A DNA stretch of 64,000 bases from Parcubacteria bacterium DG_74_1. GTDB taxonomy: Bacteria; Patescibacteriota; Minisyncoccia; Minisyncoccales; DG-74-1. The stretch is from the NCBI GenBank assembly GCA_001303125.1, contig LJNE01000002.1:35564-99563 (forward strand), written 5' to 3'. Of the stretch, positions 1 through 10,694 are shown in pieces. Within the stretch, counting starts at the first letter, position 1, and the number at the start of each line of letters is the position of its first letter. The notes beneath the pieces were generated by a model. The model did no database searches. It saw only the letters and a program-made list of their open reading frames with translations, and was not told the DNA's origin. The position numbers were made by a program, and so were the translations under genes.

Positions 1-105
<105 letters not shown>

Positions 106-119
106 ACTAAAATATATTT

Positions 120-552
120 GCCCTAGTAAGTTGGGTGATTGCTCTGTAAGATAATCAAAAGATCTCACGGAGAGGAAAGTCCGAACTTCCTCAGGTACTT
201 AACCAAGTACTTGATAAAAAGGTAGCGGCTAACAGCCGTCGGCCGTAAGGCTAGAGGTGCGAAAAGAAACGCTTCTGCCGAAAGGTAAAGAAGTATCCTT
301 CGGGATAATCCTGATGGAAACATCAGGCTGATACGGCTAAATCCTTACTGGAAGCAAGAACAAGCTCCGTTCTTCCTTGCTCAGAGAAAGATCTGAAAGG
401 TTCCAAGAAAGATATAGCTTTTTCGTTTATGGAATCTTGATTTTTTCGCAATGAAAAGGCGGAGGAAAGTAGTTCGCTTGAGCCCAAGAGTAATCTTGAG
501 CCTAGACAGATAATCACTTGAGACAGAATTCGGCTTATAGACTTACTAGGGC
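120..552 (+). ncRNA. rnpB: RNase P RNA
   Basis: Conserved GAGGAAAGTCC near 172 and ACAGAATTCGGCTTAT near 524. P1 helix gccctagtaagt(120-131)/acttactagggc(541-552), followed by a T-run. Confidence 0.95.
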
Positions 553-575
553 TTTTTATTTTTACCGTAAATATG

Positions 576-1016
576 TTAGAGCAATTTTTGATTTTGAGAT
601 TGACCATTCAGGGCTTCGTTAACCAGTCTATCAGCTGCCTGATTCCTTTGGCGAGAAATCAATTTAAATTTAATTTTCTTAAAATCTAATCTAAGATTCC
701 AGACGGCAATAAATAGAGACTGGATTCTTGGCTCTAAGATTTTATATTCTCCATTTAATTGCTTAATCAATAATTCAGAATCCGACTTCAATTCAATCTC
801 GGAATTCTTGGCCAGTTTTTTGCCAAAGATGGCTTTAAATTTTTTTAGGGCAAGAATTACCGCTTGATATTCGGCTTCATTATTAGTTGTCTCGCCCAAA
901 TACTCTGAGTACTCTTTAATCACCTGATCTCTTTCGTTACAAAAAACAAAACCGACCGCAGCTGGACCCGGATTACCTCTCGAACCGCCGTCAGTGTAAA
1001 TGATTATCTTTTTCAT
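576..1016 (-). CDS. rnhA: Ribonuclease HI
   Basis: YTDGGSRGNPG, TNNEAEY, SDSEL and NQAADRLVN motifs. Confidence 0.93.
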   Translation of the reverse strand: MKKIIIYTDGGSRGNPGPAAVGFVFCNERDQVIKEYSEYLGETTNNEAEYQAVILALKKFKAIFGKKLAKNSEIELKSDSELLIKQLNGEYKILEPRIQSLFIAVWNLRLDFKKIKFKLISRQRNQAADRLVNEALNGQSQNQKLL

Positions 1017-1091
1017 ATTATAATTTCTCGCTAATAACTCAGTTTTAAATGAATATGAAGCAAATTTATTTGCTTATTATCTGCTTTTAAC

Positions 1092-2234
1092 TTACTTATA
1101 ATTTACAAGGAGGCACTGCTTAAATTCTTCCAGATTTTCGTTTCCTATTCTAAAACCTGAAGCCTGAGGGTGACCTCCGTAGGTTACTAAATACTTTTGG
1201 CATTTTTTCATCAGAGCTACACTGTCTATTCCTTTCGGAGTTCTAACCGTGCCCTGGGTTTCTTTGTCTAAAATCTTAAAAATGAAAGCTGGTTTTTGAT
1301 ATCGGTGGCAAACAATTGAAGCGACAGAAGAAATCAAAGTAAAGTCCCAGTCAGTATCTCCTTCAAAAATAATAGGGAGACTCTTCTCTTCGATCTTTCT
1401 TTCAATAGCAACGACCATTTCGTCTATCTTTTCTTTCCTAAATCTGTTTTTTAATATTAATTTCTTAATAAGTTTTTGTGATTCTTCTATCGAAGGAGAA
1501 TTTAATAACCTGAAAGAGGCTGGCAAATTATCTTCCACGTCTCTGACGTTCAAAAGAGAGATAATCTTGGAAATTTTTTGACTCAGGCCCCCTCCAAAAT
1601 CAGATGCAAAGGTAAAAAAAGCTTTGATTCCTGGCCGCCATGATTTTTCCAAAGATTTTAACCCTAGGTTTATAAATTCTAAATTCTCATTTTCTTTGGG
1701 CATCATATCAGCAATAGTGGCTAAAGCTGTCAGTTGCAAAAAATTTTCTCTAAGATTATTGGTCATCTGCCTACCCAAAAGAACCTCGGAAAGCTTAAAA
1801 ACGATCCCTGCGTTAGCTAAGCCCTTAAAGGAGTATTTATCTCCTTTTTGTTTTGGGTCAACAATAATTTTTGCCTCAGGTAACTTGTCTAAGATTTCAT
1901 GATGGTCAATAATTATTACTTCAAAACCCAATTTTTTGGCCATTTTTACTTCTTGGAAATTGCCGATCCCCAGATCAAGGGCTATCAATAAAGCAGGGGT
2001 GAATTTTCTCATTTCCTCGAGCCCTTTTTTCGTTATTCCATAGCCTTCAGCCTCTCTATCAGGAAAATAAACAGCGGTAATTTCACCGCCTAAATTTTTA
2101 ATTACCTCTTTTAAAATAATTACTGAAGATACTCCATCTAAGTCGGCATCTCCATAAAGAATAATTCTCTCCTGGTTTTTTATAGCTTTTGAAATCCGGT
2201 CGGCTGTTTTTTTTAGATTCTTAATTTCCGCCAT
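1092..2234 (-). CDS. recJ: RecJ-like DHH/DHHA1 exonuclease (short form)
   Basis: GDADLDG, DHH, ATIADMMP and GGHPQASG motifs. Confidence 0.8.
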   Translation of the reverse strand: MAEIKNLKKTADRISKAIKNQERIILYGDADLDGVSSVIILKEVIKNLGGEITAVYFPDREAEGYGITKKGLEEMRKFTPALLIALDLGIGNFQEVKMAKKLGFEVIIIDHHEILDKLPEAKIIVDPKQKGDKYSFKGLANAGIVFKLSEVLLGRQMTNNLRENFLQLTALATIADMMPKENENLEFINLGLKSLEKSWRPGIKAFFTFASDFGGGLSQKISKIISLLNVRDVEDNLPASFRLLNSPSIEESQKLIKKLILKNRFRKEKIDEMVVAIERKIEEKSLPIIFEGDTDWDFTLISSVASIVCHRYQKPAFIFKILDKETQGTVRTPKGIDSVALMKKCQKYLVTYGGHPQASGFRIGNENLEEFKQCLLVNYK

Positions 2235-3283
2235 TATTTTAGAGCCTCAATTCCTACTAATTCACCATCAACAATAAAGTCTAGCATAGCGCCGCCACCA
2301 GTGGAAACATGATCAAATTCTTCAGTCAAACCTAATTTATTTATAAATTCGACAGTCTCCCCTCCTCCAATTACTGAGAGATTGTCGCTTTCAATTATGG
2401 CTTTAGCAATAGCTTTGGAACCTTTTTGAAAAGGTTTTTCTTCAATTTTCCCTAAAGGACCATTCCAGAAAATTGTTTTTGCTAGTTTTATTTTTTCTTT
2501 AAAAAGATTAGCGGTCCGGCGATCTATATCAAAAGCGTTGATATTACCAATTGGAGCTATAATCTTTTGAGGATTTTTTAATTTTATTTTTTTCTCTTCT
2601 ATTTCTTTTTTTATTAGGTCTCCAATTAGAACAAACTTAGCCATCTCAGAAATTTTATCAATTAATTTCGTTTTCGTTTCAACCTTTGCTCCGCCAACTA
2701 TCGCAATTAACGGTTTTTGGGGCTTCTTTATTAAATTTGTTAAAACTTTAATTTCTTTTTCTGCCAAAAACCCAATTCCTGAACGTAAATATTTTGGGAT
2801 ACTAACAATTGAGGCTAACTTTCTATGAAACTCGCCAAAAGCTTCATTGATATAAATCTCTCCTAAATTGGCTACTTTCTTGGCAAATTGAAGATTATTT
2901 TTTACTTCTCCTTTATATAATCTTATATTCTCCAAAACAATTATTTCCCCTGGCCTCAGCTTTCCCGTCTCTCTTTCAACCTTTTTACTCAAAATATTAT
3001 TTGGCAAAAATTTAACCTTCTTTTTTAATAACTTCTCCAACCTCGGAATAATTATTTTAGATGAATATTTTTTTCTCTCAGCCGGCGGTTTTTCTAATGG
3101 TCTTCCTAAACGACTCAAGATAATAATTCTTGCTCCTTTTTTTATTAGGTATTCAATGGTGGGAACTGTTTGTCTGATCCTAAAATCATCCAAAATATTC
3201 CCCCTCTCATCGAGGGGAACATTAAAGTCGCAACGAACCAAAACTTTTTTCCCTTTAAAATGAAAATCTTTTAATGTTTTCAT
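2234..3283 (-). CDS. pgk: Phosphoglycerate kinase (shortened, some variant motifs)
   Basis: RCDFNVP, GGAKV, WNGPLG and HVSTGGGA motifs. Confidence 0.92.
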   Translation of the reverse strand: MKTLKDFHFKGKKVLVRCDFNVPLDERGNILDDFRIRQTVPTIEYLIKKGARIIILSRLGRPLEKPPAERKKYSSKIIIPRLEKLLKKKVKFLPNNILSKKVERETGKLRPGEIIVLENIRLYKGEVKNNLQFAKKVANLGEIYINEAFGEFHRKLASIVSIPKYLRSGIGFLAEKEIKVLTNLIKKPQKPLIAIVGGAKVETKTKLIDKISEMAKFVLIGDLIKKEIEEKKIKLKNPQKIIAPIGNINAFDIDRRTANLFKEKIKLAKTIFWNGPLGKIEEKPFQKGSKAIAKAIIESDNLSVIGGGETVEFINKLGLTEEFDHVSTGGGAMLDFIVDGELVGIEALK

Positions 3284-3289
3284 TCTTTT

Positions 3290-4936
3290 TTAGTCCTCAG
3301 GTTTCTTTAGTGCTTCTTCTAAAACTTTTTTCAATTCTTCAATCTTAACTTCTTTTCGTTTCGGTCTTTCCGGCCTCTCCTTCTCTTTCTTGGTCGGAGA
3401 AAAAGAGACCGGTTTTTCTCTTACAGCTTTTTCTAAAGAGATGGTCGGAGATTCTTCTGCTATTTTTAATGGTCTGGCTATTGTTTTGTCTTTTTCTATT
3501 TTTTTTAGACAAGGTTTGCAATAAACCGGCCGCTTACCATCGGGTGGAAAGACCACCTTGGTCCACTTCCCGCATAAGGCGCACTGGGCATCATATAAAA
3601 CGGTGGAATCCGGCTTGGTTTCGGTTGGCAGCTTCAAGGTTCCTGTCCATTTATTGATTTTTTCCTCAATAATTTTTCTTTGGATGCCGTATCTTTCCCG
3701 AGAAACCTTGATAATTTTTTCCCGACTGGATTTTTCTGGTATCGGAGTGGGCGGTAGGGTTTCAGCTGAAAAGGGCCGGCCGGCCAATCCGTTAATCATT
3801 AACTTCAAATAGGTATTATATTTCCCCAAATTTACCAAATCGTCAATTGTAAATTCAGGGATAAATTCTTTCTCTAAAAATTCAGCGTCCTCAGCCCCTA
3901 CCCGAAAACAAATTATAGTCCCGACGTTGCCAAAAACTGCGTCTCTGACCTTGGTGGACCTGCCCGCCGCTGTCATTTCTTCTAATTGGCCCAGATATTG
4001 ATTAGCTAAAGTCAGGCAGAGCCGATATTTTCTAGCTTCAGACAAAATATTAATAAAAGCGTCGGTAGCGAAATTTTGAAACTCATCAACATATAAATAA
4101 AAATCTTTTCTTTTCTCCTCGGGAGTATCAACCCGAGACATAGCTGCTAATTGAAGCTTGGTAATAACCAAAGCCCCCAATAATCTGGAGTTATCTTCGC
4201 CTATTCTGCCTTTGGAAATATTAGCGATTAAGATTTTGCCCTCATCCATCACCTTTCTCATGTCAATAGATGATTTGACTTGGCCGATAATATTTCGGAC
4301 TAAAGGATTGGAAATAAATTGACCGACTTTGTTTTGGATGGCGGCCGTAGCTTCCGTTTCCAACCGCTGGGTGTATCGGGCAAACTCATTAACCCAAAAG
4401 GATTTGACCATCGGATCGCTTATTCTCTCCACTACCTTTCTACGATAGTCGGGATCGGCCAGCATTCGATTAATTCCTAGAAGCGTTGAACCGGGATATT
4501 CCAAAAGGGCCAAAATGGCATTATTCAAAATATATTCCATCCGGGCTGACCAAACATCAGGCCAAATTTTTTTAAAGACGCCCATCAGCCCTGAGGCAAC
4601 CAAATGGTGATATTCAGGATCAACTTTTTCCATAACATTAAAGGTCAGCGGATACTCCAAATCAGCCGGATTAAAATAGACAACATCGTTAACCCTGCTT
4701 GAGGGAACGAAGTCCAGTAATCTTTCGGCTGCCTCGCCATGAGGATCAACAAAGCCAATGCCTCTGCCCTGTTCAATATCCTGAATAGCCATATTTAAAA
4801 CCATTTCGGTTTTGCCCATACCGGTCTTCCCAACAACATAAACATGCCTCCTTCTGTCATCGGCCTTAATTCCAAATTTCTTTCTTTGATTCCGAAAGGT
4901 GGTTAGTCCGAAAAAATTAATTTCGCTATTTGACAT
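3290..4936 (-). CDS. VirD4/TraD-like coupling ATPase with C-terminal CxxC-x17-CxxC zinc ribbon
   Basis: Walker A GKTGMGKT, Walker B LYVDEFQ, SEARKY; C-terminal CALC...YCKPC. Confidence 0.8.
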   Translation of the reverse strand: MSNSEINFFGLTTFRNQRKKFGIKADDRRRHVYVVGKTGMGKTEMVLNMAIQDIEQGRGIGFVDPHGEAAERLLDFVPSSRVNDVVYFNPADLEYPLTFNVMEKVDPEYHHLVASGLMGVFKKIWPDVWSARMEYILNNAILALLEYPGSTLLGINRMLADPDYRRKVVERISDPMVKSFWVNEFARYTQRLETEATAAIQNKVGQFISNPLVRNIIGQVKSSIDMRKVMDEGKILIANISKGRIGEDNSRLLGALVITKLQLAAMSRVDTPEEKRKDFYLYVDEFQNFATDAFINILSEARKYRLCLTLANQYLGQLEEMTAAGRSTKVRDAVFGNVGTIICFRVGAEDAEFLEKEFIPEFTIDDLVNLGKYNTYLKLMINGLAGRPFSAETLPPTPIPEKSSREKIIKVSRERYGIQRKIIEEKINKWTGTLKLPTETKPDSTVLYDAQCALCGKWTKVVFPPDGKRPVYCKPCLKKIEKDKTIARPLKIAEESPTISLEKAVREKPVSFSPTKKEKERPERPKRKEVKIEELKKVLEEALKKPED

Positions 4937-4948
4937 ATTTTATACACT

Positions 4949-6232
4949 TTATTCAACTGGCAGCTCCGTGGGCGGCCCGCCCTTTTTGGCCTCAACACGA
5001 GGAACTCCCCGGGCCGGAGCGACGATTTCGCCGGGGAAGTGATACAAAGTAGCCAGCTCTTCCGTGTTCAAGACATAAGTTCCTCCGACTCTCGGAAAGA
5101 GAGTCGCCAACCTCTCCGTATAATATCTTAATAATCTCCGCTGCCTAAGATAATATCTTCTTTTATCAAGGAACCACCAGGGAACTGATTTCACTTTGGT
5201 CATCGTTTTTGTCCAAGGTTTCAAGCCGCCTAAGTTTTCCGTAGAAACTTCTTTAAAGAAACCAAAACCAATTTTGGTAGTCGGTTTAAAAAAGACATCT
5301 CTCTTCCCTAAGTAAATAAATCGGCAATTGCAGTCATAGCCGAATTTGGCTAATTTTGCCTCAACTGCCGCCAGCACCTCTCTTTCTCCGGGAGTAAGCT
5401 TAAATTCCGGAGGAATAATTTCCTCTTTTTTTTCTTCTTTTTCTTCCGCTTTGCCAAAAACTAGGATCTCAGTGGCTTCTTGAATCATTGGTTTTGGTTT
5501 TTCCTCGGCTGGTCTCTTGGCCAATTTATCAACTAATTCTTTCCCTTTTTGCTGCCAGGGTTTGTCTCTACCCAGAACCGGTTTAGCTATAATCTGAACC
5601 CAAAACTGTTCACCCGGTCTTAAGGTAGTCAACCCTTCTAAAAGATTAGCCAAAGGGTCAATTCTTTTTTCTTCCAGGGGTTCTTTCTCTGTTTCAAATT
5701 TAGGATAAGTTCTGATCGGATAAATTTCGTCTTTAGGGTTGATATAGTCAACCCCGTAAAGATCCCATTCTTTATTGGGAATATCGTGAGGAACGGATTT
5801 GGTATAATCATCAACTAAAGAAACTTCTGCCTCCGGATATTGAGAATAAATGTTTGACTCGATAAAAGTACGCCACATCGCCGGACCTCTAATATAAAAA
5901 TGAATTTCGCCGCCATTACTGACAATCTCAAGAGATAAGCTTAATTGAAATACTCCTTCTATCCAAGTTTCCCTCCAAGTGGCAATATCATGAATCCCAT
6001 GCAAATCAGCAAAGACCTGATCCATGGCGCTAATCGGTTTCAGTACATCCTTGGGTAATTTTATCTCAAGAAGAATCCTCTTTACGGTCGCATCCCATCT
6101 CTCCTGAATAAAGTAACGATAAAGATATTTCGCCGGTCGAAAAAGAACTAAAAACAAAAAAAGCCACCACCAGGCCTGAATGAATTGCCAGACGTAAGAA
6201 AAAATTAAAGATACTGTTGGCTCCTCCAGCAT
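4949..6232 (-). CDS. Membrane-anchored hypothetical protein, partner of the VirD4-like ATPase
   Basis: 427 aa ORF with an N-terminal TM segment and LNTEELATLYHFP C-terminal motif; 12 bp upstream of the ATPase gene. Confidence 0.7.
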   Translation of the reverse strand: MLEEPTVSLIFSYVWQFIQAWWWLFLFLVLFRPAKYLYRYFIQERWDATVKRILLEIKLPKDVLKPISAMDQVFADLHGIHDIATWRETWIEGVFQLSLSLEIVSNGGEIHFYIRGPAMWRTFIESNIYSQYPEAEVSLVDDYTKSVPHDIPNKEWDLYGVDYINPKDEIYPIRTYPKFETEKEPLEEKRIDPLANLLEGLTTLRPGEQFWVQIIAKPVLGRDKPWQQKGKELVDKLAKRPAEEKPKPMIQEATEILVFGKAEEKEEKKEEIIPPEFKLTPGEREVLAAVEAKLAKFGYDCNCRFIYLGKRDVFFKPTTKIGFGFFKEVSTENLGGLKPWTKTMTKVKSVPWWFLDKRRYYLRQRRLLRYYTERLATLFPRVGGTYVLNTEELATLYHFPGEIVAPARGVPRVEAKKGGPPTELPVE

Positions 6233-6240
6233 TTTTAACC

Positions 6241-7206
6241 TTATATTTCTAATGCTTTATACTTTCCTTGAGAGTCCCTTAAAAAATTTTTCTTATTGTT
6301 CAAATTAAGTAAGATGGTATTTTCTTTTACCATTCTTTGCCTTGAAACTCTCTTTATAATCTCACCTTGGGTTAAGGGGCCGTTTTCTCTTAAAGTTTTG
6401 GCAATAACATCCCTCACCTGACCTGGCTCATAGCCCCACTCTTTTAAAGCATAAATTCCCCGGCCAACTAAAACAAATCTCGGATCTTTAATTAATTCAT
6501 TATGAACAGTCTGAACCAGGGCTCCTTCAATCGATTTGGCTACCTCATTAAAATGAAGAGGCTTACCGATTTTCTTAAAAACCAAATAAGCCTTGTCTTT
6601 TATTCCTCTTGGATTAATTTCCGGCCAACCTTTTAGACCGTAAAGACCTTCTGAATTTTTCAGAAATTTTTTGGAAATCTCTAAATAACTAGGTAGGAAT
6701 TTAAAATTAGAAAAGGAAGCCAATCCTTTTAGACCAAGCGGTTTACCGGCTTTCTTAAATTTACGGTAAATATTGCCAATAATATTTTTAAGGGAATCTA
6801 AGGGTTTTCTGTCAATCGACCAGAAAGAATAGAGATCTACACTCTCGCTAAACCTCTCAAAATCATCGCTGACTGTCAGAAGAAAATAAACCTGAGGCTG
6901 ATATCTTTTACCACCTAGTTCTTTTAATAAAATTTCTTCTTTTTTTAATCCACCGCAATTTTTAAAATATTGCTTGAAATACTGAAAAACATTTTGGTAG
7001 ACGATAATCTTTGGCTTTATTTTCAAAAAACCGTCTTCTTCAATCTGACGGACTCTTTCCCTGGTAATGCCGAAGTCTTTGCCGATGCCTTCCAGGGTTT
7101 CTTTTTCGCTCCCCTTCAAACCGAAGCGGCGCAAAAGAATTTCTTTTTGTTTCTGAGGTAAATCATTAAGCAACTCCTGACAAATTTTTTGATAGTTCAA
7201 AGTCAT
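6241..7206 (-). CDS. Sigma70 region-4 HTH fused to HARE-HTH/RNAP-delta-like winged helices
   Basis: N-terminal RRFGL..ETLEGIGKDFGITRERVRQIE; C-terminal HNELIKDPRFVLVGRGIYAL. Confidence 0.7.
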   Translation of the reverse strand: MTLNYQKICQELLNDLPQKQKEILLRRFGLKGSEKETLEGIGKDFGITRERVRQIEEDGFLKIKPKIIVYQNVFQYFKQYFKNCGGLKKEEILLKELGGKRYQPQVYFLLTVSDDFERFSESVDLYSFWSIDRKPLDSLKNIIGNIYRKFKKAGKPLGLKGLASFSNFKFLPSYLEISKKFLKNSEGLYGLKGWPEINPRGIKDKAYLVFKKIGKPLHFNEVAKSIEGALVQTVHNELIKDPRFVLVGRGIYALKEWGYEPGQVRDVIAKTLRENGPLTQGEIIKRVSRQRMVKENTILLNLNNKKNFLRDSQGKYKALEI

Positions 7207-7248
7207 ATTATTTATTTAACCATTTTTAAGAAATATAGTCAAGCTTTT

Positions 7249-8136
7249 TTATTTCCGACGCCTCTCCAGCCAAGTCACTAAAACCGGGCTAACCAAAAAT
7301 AAAGAAGAATAAGTGCCTGCAATTATTCCTAAGATTAAAACCAAAGCGAAATATTTCAAACTTTCTCCGCCTAAAAAGAAAATGGCTATTAAAACAAAAA
7401 GGGTAGTTAAAGAGGTATTAAGACAGCGTGCCAAGGTCTGATTCAAAGATCTGTCTACGGTCTCGACGAAGGTGTCGCCAATTCTTTTTAATAAATTTTC
7501 TCTAATTCTGTCGAAAACTACTACCGTGTTGTTAATTGAATATCCTAAAATCATAAGGAAAGCAACAACAACCGGAATAGTAATCTGAATACCGTAGTAT
7601 TCTCCTAAAATTGCTAAAATACCTATCGGGATTAGAACATCATGAAAAAGAGCCAAAAGAGAGGCTAAACCATATTGCCAGGAACTAATCGGTCTTTGGA
7701 TCTTCCGGAAACTAAAAGCAATATATAGGACTATGGCCAAAAGAGACAAGATTACTACAATTGTTGTTTTTTCTCTCAGTTCTCGGCCAATTATCGGGCC
7801 AATCAATTCAAAACGTAGCTCCTCTGCCTGGTGACTCTCTTTTAGAATTTCCAGGACTCGCTGGTGAGTTTCTCCATCAATCTCTTGCATCCTGATAAGT
7901 AATCCGTTAGAGTCGGTTGGTTGAATAGAAAGCGGTCCAACGAGACCGTCTAGAGTTTCTCTGACCGCCTCGACAGCAGGCCGCTCGCCCTCATATTTAA
8001 TCTCTAAAATACTTCCTCCGGTAAAATCAATACCCGGCTTCAAACCAAAAACACCAAGGCAAACAAAACTTCCTAAAATCAAAATTCCGGATAGGATGAA
8101 ATAAATTTTGCGATACTTGAGAAAAGGGACATTCAT
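7249..8136 (-). CDS. secF: Protein translocase subunit SecF
   Basis: [28 protein letters not shown]. Confidence 0.95.
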   Translation of the reverse strand: MNVPFLKYRKIYFILSGILILGSFVCLGVFGLKPGIDFTGGSILEIKYEGERPAVEAVRETLDGLVGPLSIQPTDSNGLLIRMQEIDGETHQRVLEILKESHQAEELRFELIGPIIGRELREKTTIVVILSLLAIVLYIAFSFRKIQRPISSWQYGLASLLALFHDVLIPIGILAILGEYYGIQITIPVVVAFLMILGYSINNTVVVFDRIRENLLKRIGDTFVETVDRSLNQTLARCLNTSLTTLFVLIAIFFLGGESLKYFALVLILGIIAGTYSSLFLVSPVLVTWLERRRK

Positions 8137-9308
8137 AACAATCTCAACAATTTTTTAGTTTTATCAGTTTTCTCCCAGGTGAATTCCGGGTCTTTCCTAC
8201 CAAAATGGCCAAAAATTGAAGTCTTTCGATAGATTGGCCGAAGCAAATTCAGCTCTCTAATAATCCCGCCCGGCGATAAATCAAAAACCTGAGAAATAAT
8301 TTTTAATAATCTTTCTTCCGAAACTTTAGCTGCCTGCCCTGGGCTTTGTCGAATGGTACCAAGGGTATCGATATCAAATTCAATTGGTTTAAAACCGCCG
8401 ATTACATAAGACATTCTAACTTGACATTTCTCAGCTAAACCTGAAGCCACGATATTTTTAGCAATGTATCTTGCCATATAAGCGGCTGATCTGTCTACTT
8501 TGGTCGGATCTTTGCCGGAAAATGAGCCCCCGCCAGCTGGAAAGCCGACGCCGTAATTGTCAACTATAATTTTACGACCTGACATACCGGTATCGGAAAC
8601 CGGGCCACAGACAACAAAACGGCCGGTATTGTTGATATAATATTTAGTTTTTCTATCCAAAAATCTCCGGCAAACCGGTTTAATGACTTTTTCAATAATA
8701 TCCTTTCTTAGTCGAGAAAGAGAGATATTAGGGTCATGACTTGCCGCAATAACTACATTGGTCAATCTTTTAGCAACTCCTTTTTCATACTCTAATGTCA
8801 CTTGCGATTTCCCGTCTGGCCTTAAATAAGAGAGGGTTTCTTTTTTTCTGACCTCGGCCAATTTCATTACCAGTTTATGGGCCAACATTATTGGCAAAGG
8901 CATCAATTCTGGAGTTTCTTTGCAGGCATAACCAAGGGAGCTTCCCTGGTCGCCGGCGCCCTGTTTCTTCCCTCCGGTCTTTCTCACTCCTCGAGCAATA
9001 TCCGAAGATTGTCCAGAAATGGTGTTTAAAACCGCCACTGTTCGCCAATCAAAACCATATTCCGGCTTGATATAGCCGGCATCTCTGATGACTTCTCTGA
9101 CTAAATTATTAATATCAACCCAGGTTTTAGTAGTAATTTCTCCACCAACAATGACATATCCTTTGCTGACAAAAACCTCAGCAGCCACCCGAGCATATTT
9201 GTCGTCTCTCAAAATAGCGTCTAAGATGGCGTCAGCAATAGCGTCGGCCAGTTTATCAGGATGTCCGGGAGCAACTGATTCAGCCGTTAAAAATTTTTTT
9301 ACCCCCAT
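8133..9308 (-). CDS. metK: S-adenosylmethionine synthetase
   Basis: [26 protein letters not shown]. Confidence 0.95.
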   Translation of the reverse strand: MGVKKFLTAESVAPGHPDKLADAIADAILDAILRDDKYARVAAEVFVSKGYVIVGGEITTKTWVDINNLVREVIRDAGYIKPEYGFDWRTVAVLNTISGQSSDIARGVRKTGGKKQGAGDQGSSLGYACKETPELMPLPIMLAHKLVMKLAEVRKKETLSYLRPDGKSQVTLEYEKGVAKRLTNVVIAASHDPNISLSRLRKDIIEKVIKPVCRRFLDRKTKYYINNTGRFVVCGPVSDTGMSGRKIIVDNYGVGFPAGGGSFSGKDPTKVDRSAAYMARYIAKNIVASGLAEKCQVRMSYVIGGFKPIEFDIDTLGTIRQSPGQAAKVSEERLLKIISQVFDLSPGGIIRELNLLRPIYRKTSIFGHFGRKDPEFTWEKTDKTKKLLRLL

Positions 9309-10642
9309 AATAGTTTGATTTTCTCAAGTCTTGTGGCAACAAAAAATCTGAGAAAATTTTTAGTGATAATAATCGCTGAAAACATGGAAATCAAAATTCC
9401 CAAGCTCAAGGTGGTGGCGAATCCTTTAATAAAGCTAGTGCCAAAACCAAATAAAATGGCTGCCACAATCAGAGTAGTCAGGTTGCCGTCTCTGATTGCC
9501 GGCCAAGCCCGATTGAACCCCTCTTCTAAGCTTTGAGGAAAATTTTTCCCGCTGCGTAGTTCTTCTCTTATTCTTGAAAAAATTAAGATATTAGCGTCAA
9601 TAGCCATGCCAATCGATAAAATAAAACCACCTATACCAGCTAACGTCAAAGTCACCGGTATTAATTTAAATACACTTAAAACCAGAGCAACATAAATTGC
9701 CAAGGACAGGCTAGCTAAAAATCCCGGCAATCTATAAAAGAGAATAATAAATATAATTATCGCCAAAAAACCGATAAAACCCGCTTTCAGGCTTTGATCC
9801 AAAGAAATCTTGCCCAAGGTCGGCCCGACTGACTGCTGGGAAATTAAGGTTATGGGTGCGGGCAGAGCGCCAGCATTTAAATTTCTCGCCAAAGCCCTAG
9901 CTTCTTCTGCGGTGAAATTGCCGGTAATTTGGGCTTTTCCGCCGCTAATTTTATCTTGTACGACTGGTTGGGAAATGGGTATGTTATCAATGTAGATGGC
10001 TAAAATTTTCCCAATATTTTTTTCAGTCAATGCCTCAAAAATTTTCGCGCCTTCTGAATCAAACTCAAGCAAAACCAAGGACTGATAGGTTACCTTGTCA
10101 AAAGCAACCTCAGCTTTTCTTAAATATTTTCCAGTCAAAGCAGTTGACTTAAAATAAGGATCTTCAAAGGCCAGTTGCCAATCGGGAATTTCAAAAATTT
10201 CTTCCGATGTCTTGTCTTTCAGTTCTTCATATCTTGAAAGGATCGCTTGGGTCTCCTCTTCGCTCCTCTCTTCTTTAAACTCTAGAAACGGGGTTTTGCC
10301 AATTTCTTCAACAGCTTCAGCCGGATCAATAACGCCAGCCAACTCAACGATTAATCTTTCTTCTTGAATTTGAACAACTGGTTCTCTAACTCCAAAAAGA
10401 TTAACCCTTCTTTCTATTACATCTCTCAGTCCAGCCATAGTCTCCGTCCTTTCTCCCTCTGGGATTGCCGAAAGATCGGCTTCGTAAAGAAGGTGGACCC
10501 CTCCTTGAAGATCTAGGCCTAATTTGAAATCCTTTTTTGGAAGATAGGCAATTTTAAAAAACTCTGGATAGACAAAATTACCAGCTAAAAAAGCTAAAAT
10601 GAAAACAATAACAACAATAATATAAGTTTTTCTCTTTCTCAT
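9299..10642 (-). CDS. secD: Protein translocase subunit SecD
   Basis: [18 protein letters not shown]. Confidence 0.95.
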   Translation of the reverse strand: MRKRKTYIIVVIVFILAFLAGNFVYPEFFKIAYLPKKDFKLGLDLQGGVHLLYEADLSAIPEGERTETMAGLRDVIERRVNLFGVREPVVQIQEERLIVELAGVIDPAEAVEEIGKTPFLEFKEERSEEETQAILSRYEELKDKTSEEIFEIPDWQLAFEDPYFKSTALTGKYLRKAEVAFDKVTYQSLVLLEFDSEGAKIFEALTEKNIGKILAIYIDNIPISQPVVQDKISGGKAQITGNFTAEEARALARNLNAGALPAPITLISQQSVGPTLGKISLDQSLKAGFIGFLAIIIFIILFYRLPGFLASLSLAIYVALVLSVFKLIPVTLTLAGIGGFILSIGMAIDANILIFSRIREELRSGKNFPQSLEEGFNRAWPAIRDGNLTTLIVAAILFGFGTSFIKGFATTLSLGILISMFSAIIITKNFLRFFVATRLEKIKLLWG

Positions 10643-10694
10643 AAAAACTTTTCCTTATTTTAATATAAAGCCTTCAAAAGTCAAAGCTGGTTCA

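Noticed and set aside
323-607. 94-aa minus-strand ORF
   Set aside because: Antisense to the RNase P RNA and overlapping rnhA; no protein features
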